From Ignavibacteriota bacterium (GTDB lineage Bacteria; Bacteroidota; Ignavibacteria; UBA10030; UBA6906): a stretch of DNA of 64,000 bases. Below, piece after piece: positions 58,420 to 64,000 of the stretch. Location of the stretch: contig CAWDEM010000008.1 in the NCBI GenBank assembly GCA_963801355.1, positions 2,912,001 to 2,976,000 of the forward strand. The letters are read 5' to 3'. Under the pieces are notes generated by a model. That model made no database searches. It was not told the origin of the DNA and saw only the letters and a list, made by a program, of their open reading frames with translations. The translations under genes were made by a program, and so were the position numbers. The first letter of the stretch is position 1. The number at the start of each line of letters is the position of its first letter.

Positions 58420-60473
58420 CTCTCGAGAAGTTTTTCTTGAAATGTCGGCTGGGCACCCGCCATCGCCAGGAAGATGTCGAGCGGCACGACCTCGAACTCC
58501 GGCCCCAGCTTGTCAAGGATGTTCTTGACCCGTTTGATGTCCGTCCACTGCCGTACGTGCATCAGCAGGAAGTAGGGACGTGCGCTGTTCATTGCCGCGA
58601 GCTCCTGGAGATCAGCCACCGCCTCGGCCTCGGGCCGTGTCTCGGAAAGATAATAGTCGAATGAAACAAGCGGACGCCCGTTCCGCGATGCAAATGAATG
58701 CGAGGCGGTATAGCCGTTCACAAAACCAACCGCATCCGGCATGCCGGCATAAAATGCATCCACCACATCGCGTGTGAGTTCGGTGTTGCCCTCAACCGTC
58801 GCACCCTCGGAATAGTCCATGATCTCAAAGACATTCAAATCCAGCTGCTTCATTAACTCGTACGCTTTGGAAACGACCTGCGGGAGAAAGGCCTTGGGGA
58901 TGGCTTTGGGATACATGTATCCGGGTCCGCCGAGCGAACCGATGAAATAATCATTCGGCGTCGCCATGCCGTAGAAATACTCCAGCATGGTCGGAGCCAG
59001 CCAGACCCAGTTCATGGTCACTTCCCAGGCGTAAGGAATCTCACCCCGCCCCGGCTTGAGCCATGCGCCGATGCCCAGACAATCGGTCTCTATTGCGGCG
59101 ATGTAGACTTTCTTCTCCCGTGCGGGGATCTTCCCCGGAACGAGATGGTGGTTGTTCTTGAATGTGAAGCCCGGCGTCAGGGCCGTCTGGCTGCAGAAAC
59201 TCATGTTGGGCAGTGTGTGCAGGCCTTCAACGCGCAGCGCATAGCTGGAGGCCAGTTTGACGTGGTCACGTTCCTTGTCCTTTGCATACGAATGCCAGCC
59301 CATGACCAGCGACAGAGGTTTCATCTCGCTGAAGATCTTGTTGGCAAGTGCATATTCCTCCGTGTCAGCAGGTTTTGTCGAGAGGTCGGTGAAGAATGCC
59401 TGCTTGAGCATTCCGAAATCCGCGACACCGGGCCGCATGATCTTCCCGTGTTCGCCTCCCAGCCAGACCACAAACTCTTTGCTGCAACGGTCCCAGTACT
59501 GTTCGATCGCCCAGCGATAGATTGCGGCGTCGTTTTTTCCCGTGAACTTGCCGCGGAAGTCAGCCACGGGCCTGAGCCCTGCCCGCTCCACCATCGGGAT
59601 CAGCTCTTCGCTGACGACAACCGCCTTCTCCAATCCGGCAACGGTGTACGCAACGATGAGCGAGGTCCGCACGTTTTTGTCCCACACAACGTAGCCTTTG
59701 ACAAACGGACGCAGCGCCGCGAGGGCGGAGTCCGCCGTGCGCAATTCCGTGAATGAGTAATTGTGCTTCGTGCGATAGTAATCATAGACCGACTGCGTGA
59801 ACGTATAATCCCACTTTTCACCGTAGATGAAATAGAGCCGTGGCGCCCCGGTGTTGGCCACGCCCTGCAGACTGATAAGGAACGCCTGTTCCGGCAGCTT
59901 CCCGTCAATTGCCCAGTTGTCGGTCATACGCATGACATAGGCCGTGCGGGCATTCGTCCGTACAAAAGTGTATGTGGGCGCGGACGCCTTCGGACGCGTC
60001 GGCCGCTCTATCCGCCAGGTGAGCGTGCCGCCGTCGGCGGAAAGGGTGAACACATTCTCCACCGTATACGGCAACATCCCCTGCGACACGAGTACGGAGT
60101 AGCGTTCGTTGATGTACAGCACCCTGCCATTCTGTTCTGTGCGGGCGCTGACTGCCTTCGTCTTGCCGGGCTGCATTGACACGCCCATGAACACATTCGT
60201 GGGCCAGACACGGTCACGCACGGGCACCGTCACAGTCGCACCCCCGGAGGGCAGCGTCACGGAGTCCCGGAAACCGCGGGCTCCTCCCCAGTTCTGTACC
60301 ACTGTCACAAGATCGCCGGAGTGCGTGATCCGCAGCGCCACGGTGGAGTAGAGATCGATCTCTGAACTCTTTTCGGGAAGCATCTTCCAGTCACCGTCCA
60401 TCGTTGCAGGCTGGGCCATGCACAACGCAAAAGCGGCAACGCTGAGCAGCAGTGTGATAAGAAGTCTGCGCAT
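58416..60473 (-). CDS. Exported GxGYxYP-family putative glycoside hydrolase
   Basis: SLQGVAN, VMGWH, GGPGYMYP; signal peptide. Confidence 0.82.
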   Translation of the reverse strand: MRRLLITLLLSVAAFALCMAQPATMDGDWKMLPEKSSEIDLYSTVALRITHSGDLVTVVQNWGGARGFRDSVTLPSGGATVTVPVRDRVWPTNVFMGVSMQPGKTKAVSARTEQNGRVLYINERYSVLVSQGMLPYTVENVFTLSADGGTLTWRIERPTRPKASAPTYTFVRTNARTAYVMRMTDNWAIDGKLPEQAFLISLQGVANTGAPRLYFIYGEKWDYTFTQSVYDYYRTKHNYSFTELRTADSALAALRPFVKGYVVWDKNVRTSLIVAYTVAGLEKAVVVSEELIPMVERAGLRPVADFRGKFTGKNDAAIYRWAIEQYWDRCSKEFVVWLGGEHGKIMRPGVADFGMLKQAFFTDLSTKPADTEEYALANKIFSEMKPLSLVMGWHSYAKDKERDHVKLASSYALRVEGLHTLPNMSFCSQTALTPGFTFKNNHHLVPGKIPAREKKVYIAAIETDCLGIGAWLKPGRGEIPYAWEVTMNWVWLAPTMLEYFYGMATPNDYFIGSLGGPGYMYPKAIPKAFLPQVVSKAYELMKQLDLNVFEIMDYSEGATVEGNTELTRDVVDAFYAGMPDAVGFVNGYTASHSFASRNGRPLVSFDYYLSETRPEAEAVADLQELAAMNSARPYFLLMHVRQWTDIKRVKNILDKLGPEFEVVPLDIFLAMAGAQPTFQEKLLER

Positions 60474-60506
60474 GAAATCTCCGTTTGTACTGATAATTCA
60501 GACCTG

Positions 60507-62585
60507 TTATTTCACGAGGAATTTCTCCTTGAACGTCGGGGACTTCCCCGCCATTTTCAGGAACCGGTCCAGGGGCACCACTTCGAAACCCGGGCCAAGT
60601 TTATCGAGTATCCCCTTTACCCGCTTGACGTCGCTTGACTCGCGCACGTGCATGAGCAGGAAGTAGGGGCGCCGGTCGTTGATGCGGGCAAGCTCCTGCA
60701 GATCAGCCACCGCATCGGCTTCCGGACGCTCGGGGGAAAGATAATAATCATACGAAATGAAGGGCTTCCCGTCACGCACAGTGAACGTGTACGAGGGGAC
60801 GTAGCCGTTCACGAAACCAATGGCTTCGGGCATTCCCTCATAGTACATATCAACAACGGCTTTGGGCAGTTCGGTGTTCCCTTCCACCGTTGCGCCTTCG
60901 GAAAAGTCCATGGTCTCGAACACTGTGAGATCGAGTGTCTTCATCTGCTCCCGCGCCATCGCAATGAGCTTCTTGAGAAGATGCGGTGGAACGGCTTTCG
61001 GATACATGTACCCCGGACCGGAGAGACACCCGATGAAGTAATCATTCGGTGTTGCCATGGTATAGAAGTACTCCGCCATGGAGGGGGCCATCCAGGTGTA
61101 GTTCATCAGTACCTCCCAGGCATAGGGGATTTCGCCCCGTCCCGGTTTCAACCACGCACCCAGGCCGATCCCGTCAGTCTGTATACACGTAATATAGACC
61201 TTGTTCTCCGGCGTGTACTCCTTGCCCGGAACAATGGTATGATTGTTCTTGTATACAAAGCCCTGTGAGGCGGGCAGCTGGGCGCTGAAGCTCAGGTTGG
61301 GAAGGGTGTGCAGGCCTTCAACGCGGTGACCGTAGGTGGATGTGAGCTTCACAAATTCCCGCTCGAGATCCTTTGCATACGAGTGCCACCCCATCACCAT
61401 GGACATCGGTTTCATTTCGCGCAGAAGCCGGTTCGCCAGCGCGTATTCGGCTGTATCCGTCGTGCGGCAGGAAAGGTCGTTGAAAAACACATTCTTATAT
61501 ATCCCCCAATCCGCCACCGCGGGCTTCATGATGTCGCCGTGTTCCCCGCCGAGCCAGATGATGAATTCCTTGCTGCACCGCGGCCAGTACTGCGCATAGG
61601 CCCATGCATAGATCTGGGCGTCGGTCTGGCCGGTGAACCTGCCGCGGAAATCCTCGATCCGTTTCAATCCGAGCTGCTCCGCAAGGGGAATCTGATCCTC
61701 GCTCAAGACAACGGCATTCTCAAGACCTGCAACCGTGAACGCAACGATGAGCGATGTGCGGACCTTCTTGTCCCATACCACATACCCTTTCACGTCCTTC
61801 ACAAGCGTGCGCAGGGCTTCCTCCGGCGACTTCAATGTGCGGAACGTGTAGTGCCGTTTGTCGCGGTAGAAATCGTATACGGATTGCACGTACGTGAACG
61901 GCCAGTCTTTCGGATACAGAATGTACATCCGCGGTCCGCTCTTGTTGACGATCCCCTGCAGGCTGATCAGCATGGCCTGAACATCCAGACGCCCGCGGAC
62001 TTCCCAGTTGTCTTCCAGCGTGATTGCGTACGCCTCCTTCGATCCCGACCGTTTCAGGCGGAATGTCATGGGCGGTCCTGACGTCCGTGTGGAACGGGTG
62101 AGGTCATACGTCAGTAATTCGCCGTCGGGGGAAAGCTCGAAGCGATGCGTCACACTCTCCGGATGACTTCCCTGTGACCCCACGATCTGAAATGTCTCCT
62201 CCACGCGGAATAGTCCGGGGCTTTCACGCTTGGCGCTGACTTTTCGCGTGCCCCCGACCGGCATGGAGAGTCCCATGAAGACGTTCGTCGGGAAGACCCT
62301 GTTGTTCACGGCCACAGAGACCTGGCTCCCATCCAGCGGGAGGCGGAGTGAGTCCCTGAAGATCCTCTCTTTGCCGAACTGCCGGATAAGGGTAAGATGC
62401 GTGTCGGAGAAGCGCACGTCCACGGACAGGCTTCCGTACAGATCGATGTCCGTGCTTTGCGCGGCAAGGGATTCCCATTTGCCTTCAATACCGGAAGCGC
62501 CGGAGGCGGTGGCGCAGAGGGTGGTGAGGAACGTCGCAAACAGGGCGGTCAGGAACATTGAGGAAAGTACCGTCAGACGGTGCAT
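60507..62585 (-). CDS. Exported GxGYxYP-family putative glycoside hydrolase (tandem paralog)
   Basis: SLQGIVN, VMGWH, TDG, SGPGYMYP. Confidence 0.82.
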   Translation of the reverse strand: MHRLTVLSSMFLTALFATFLTTLCATASGASGIEGKWESLAAQSTDIDLYGSLSVDVRFSDTHLTLIRQFGKERIFRDSLRLPLDGSQVSVAVNNRVFPTNVFMGLSMPVGGTRKVSAKRESPGLFRVEETFQIVGSQGSHPESVTHRFELSPDGELLTYDLTRSTRTSGPPMTFRLKRSGSKEAYAITLEDNWEVRGRLDVQAMLISLQGIVNKSGPRMYILYPKDWPFTYVQSVYDFYRDKRHYTFRTLKSPEEALRTLVKDVKGYVVWDKKVRTSLIVAFTVAGLENAVVLSEDQIPLAEQLGLKRIEDFRGRFTGQTDAQIYAWAYAQYWPRCSKEFIIWLGGEHGDIMKPAVADWGIYKNVFFNDLSCRTTDTAEYALANRLLREMKPMSMVMGWHSYAKDLEREFVKLTSTYGHRVEGLHTLPNLSFSAQLPASQGFVYKNNHTIVPGKEYTPENKVYITCIQTDGIGLGAWLKPGRGEIPYAWEVLMNYTWMAPSMAEYFYTMATPNDYFIGCLSGPGYMYPKAVPPHLLKKLIAMAREQMKTLDLTVFETMDFSEGATVEGNTELPKAVVDMYYEGMPEAIGFVNGYVPSYTFTVRDGKPFISYDYYLSPERPEADAVADLQELARINDRRPYFLLMHVRESSDVKRVKGILDKLGPGFEVVPLDRFLKMAGKSPTFKEKFLVK

Positions 62586-62627
62586 GATATCTCTCCGTGG
62601 GGAATATTTGTCATGTCAGAATATATT

Positions 62628-63374
62628 TTACAGTCCGCTGAAGCGATCGAGGAATGCCCGTTCGGGATCCGAAAGACTCTGGACACCCTGCGTCTCGATC
62701 TTGCCCATGATCCGGTCGAACTCCGTACGGTTGACTTCGTGCATTGTCGAACGGTCGATCTTGCGCCACCGCTCGATCGTGCCGCGATTCAACGGCGGTG
62801 GAGCAAGTTTTTCCTTGAACCGCCGCGACGGCATCCGCCATTCCCGGAATTTGAGGAACAGGTATCCCCCGAGGAACCCGCCCAGGTGTGCGAAGTGTGC
62901 AATGTTCCCCGCTCCGGAGATCCCACCGAAGATCGAAAGGACGATCATGATGACTATCAGATACCTTGCCTCGATGGGTACCACTCCCCAGATGAGCAAC
63001 CGGTCGCGCGGCCAGAACCGGGCGTAAGCCAGCAGGACTCCGTAGACTGCGCCCGACGCTCCTACAATGGCCACATATGGTGTAATGCACGAAAGGAGCG
63101 CGCCCGCGATGCCACTCATGAAATAGAGGAGGAGAAAATCGCGGTCGCCCATCTCCGCTTCGAGCCGCGGTCCGAAAAACAGCAGGCCGAGCATGTTGAA
63201 CAGTATGTGGAACGTGCCCTCATGGAGAAACATGTAGGTTACCACCGTCCAGGGCCGATCGAGTGTAAGCGCCGGCACGAACATGAGGCTCATCATAATC
63301 GCTGGCCGCACGGAAGTCAGCACAAACATCACCACGTTTGCCAGAATAAGACGGGACGTCCAGGAATTCATCAC
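62628..63374 (-). CDS. Rhomboid intramembrane serine protease
   Basis: TYMFLH, HILFNM, GASG, AHLGG. Confidence 0.92.
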   Translation of the reverse strand: MMNSWTSRLILANVVMFVLTSVRPAIMMSLMFVPALTLDRPWTVVTYMFLHEGTFHILFNMLGLLFFGPRLEAEMGDRDFLLLYFMSGIAGALLSCITPYVAIVGASGAVYGVLLAYARFWPRDRLLIWGVVPIEARYLIVIMIVLSIFGGISGAGNIAHFAHLGGFLGGYLFLKFREWRMPSRRFKEKLAPPPLNRGTIERWRKIDRSTMHEVNRTEFDRIMGKIETQGVQSLSDPERAFLDRFSGL

Positions 63375-63419
63375 GTGCGTTGGTCTTTCATAAATGGAAA
63401 AGTGCCGGATCCTTCACTT

Positions 63420-63929
63420 CTACTCTGATTTCTTGGGCTTCTCCGAGGAGGCCTGAAACCAGATCCCCGCCGCCGCAAGAACAATCATGATCGGCGTTGC
63501 CAGGGATGGGGAAAGCTGGAACGCACCCACCAGCAGGTACGCACCCACGACGGAGGAAAGAATAATCAACGCCCATTTCAGAAGGAAATGGGCGAGGACG
63601 ATACCCAGGAGCGCGCAGAGGATCACCGGAATCCACGGGAACCCCTGGGGCAGCCATCCCATGTAATCTGCGAGAGCGTATCCTGCGTATCCGCCGCCGA
63701 GGATTCCAGCCAGGAAGACTCCCACCTTTTCAATGAAGAATGCAACGGCAAACCCCGCCAGGCCGCCCATGATCATCGCTGCGATCATGACGCCGTTTGA
63801 CGGGTGTTGAAGATACATGCCGGCAAGTGCGATGCCTGCCATGGCACCGAGAGCGGTAAGGAACAACGCCAGCCCCTTGCGTCCGAATATAAGAAGGGCC
63901 GCACCAATCACCCCTTGAACAATTTGCAT
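63420..63929 (-). CDS. Gly-rich multi-TM membrane protein (DUF4203-like)
   Basis: About 6 hydrophobic segments; GAALLIFG, SSVVGAYL, GIWFQ; AAGGAG SD. Confidence 0.7.
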   Translation of the reverse strand: MQIVQGVIGAALLIFGRKGLALFLTALGAMAGIALAGMYLQHPSNGVMIAAMIMGGLAGFAVAFFIEKVGVFLAGILGGGYAGYALADYMGWLPQGFPWIPVILCALLGIVLAHFLLKWALIILSSVVGAYLLVGAFQLSPSLATPIMIVLAAAGIWFQASSEKPKKSE

Positions 63930-63932
63930 GAT

Positions 63933-64000
63933 TCAGCTCCTTTCAACGGCTTCGAGCAATATTTCGGCTATATCCTTCACCTCCACCGGAGTGGATGGAC
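63933..64000 (-). CDS. 3' end of a gene entering from the right edge, possibly an Fe-S oxidoreductase (GlpC/HdrD-like)
   Basis: ...VEVKDIAEILLEAVERS* resembles the C-termini of CCG-domain proteins; only about 22 codons visible. Confidence 0.45.
   Translation of the reverse strand, partial: PSTPVEVKDIAEILLEAVERS

Overview
High-GC bacterial chromosomal window with about 55 densely packed genes and one tRNA(CAU). I found no CRISPR array, transposase, integrase or prophage gene. The gene content (exbB-exbD-exbD-tonB-PstS-like-TPR block, NTP_transf_4-type GlmU-family gene, GxGYxYP proteins) looks like the Bacteroidota/Ignavibacteria/Chlorobi group. The promoters, however, are E. coli-type TTGnnn-17-TAnnnT and several genes have SD sites, so an Ignavibacteria-like lineage is my inference. 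Contents in order: a membrane-anchored STAND adenylate cyclase missed by the ORF track plus a STAS gene; ppk1; tricorn-like protease; gltA; GT4; copZ-copA-Smr-M14 (frameshifted); an orphan SigH/SigR-like ECF sigma with a matching promoter; a CNNM/beta-barrel/kinase/sigma-54 activator operon directly upstream of a sigma-54 promoter for STAS-exbB-exbD-exbD-tonB; GH13 plus two DUF1624 genes interleaved with 7-nt-period repeats; hpnCDE; tRNA-tilS-hpt-ftsH; an M16 pair, a class II aldolase-like unknown, SDR and GNAT; and an amino-sugar locus (FrlA-like permease, amidohydrolase, nagB, GlmU-like, atypical PIG-L, propeller glycosidase, two GxGYxYP proteins). The best candidates for undescribed biology are the sigma-54/STAS-controlled TonB motor circuit, the FrlA-like/GxGYxYP amino-sugar-conjugate locus, the TM-tailed STAND cyclase and the heptamer repeat elements. 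All assignments come from motif recognition by eye; no searches were run.
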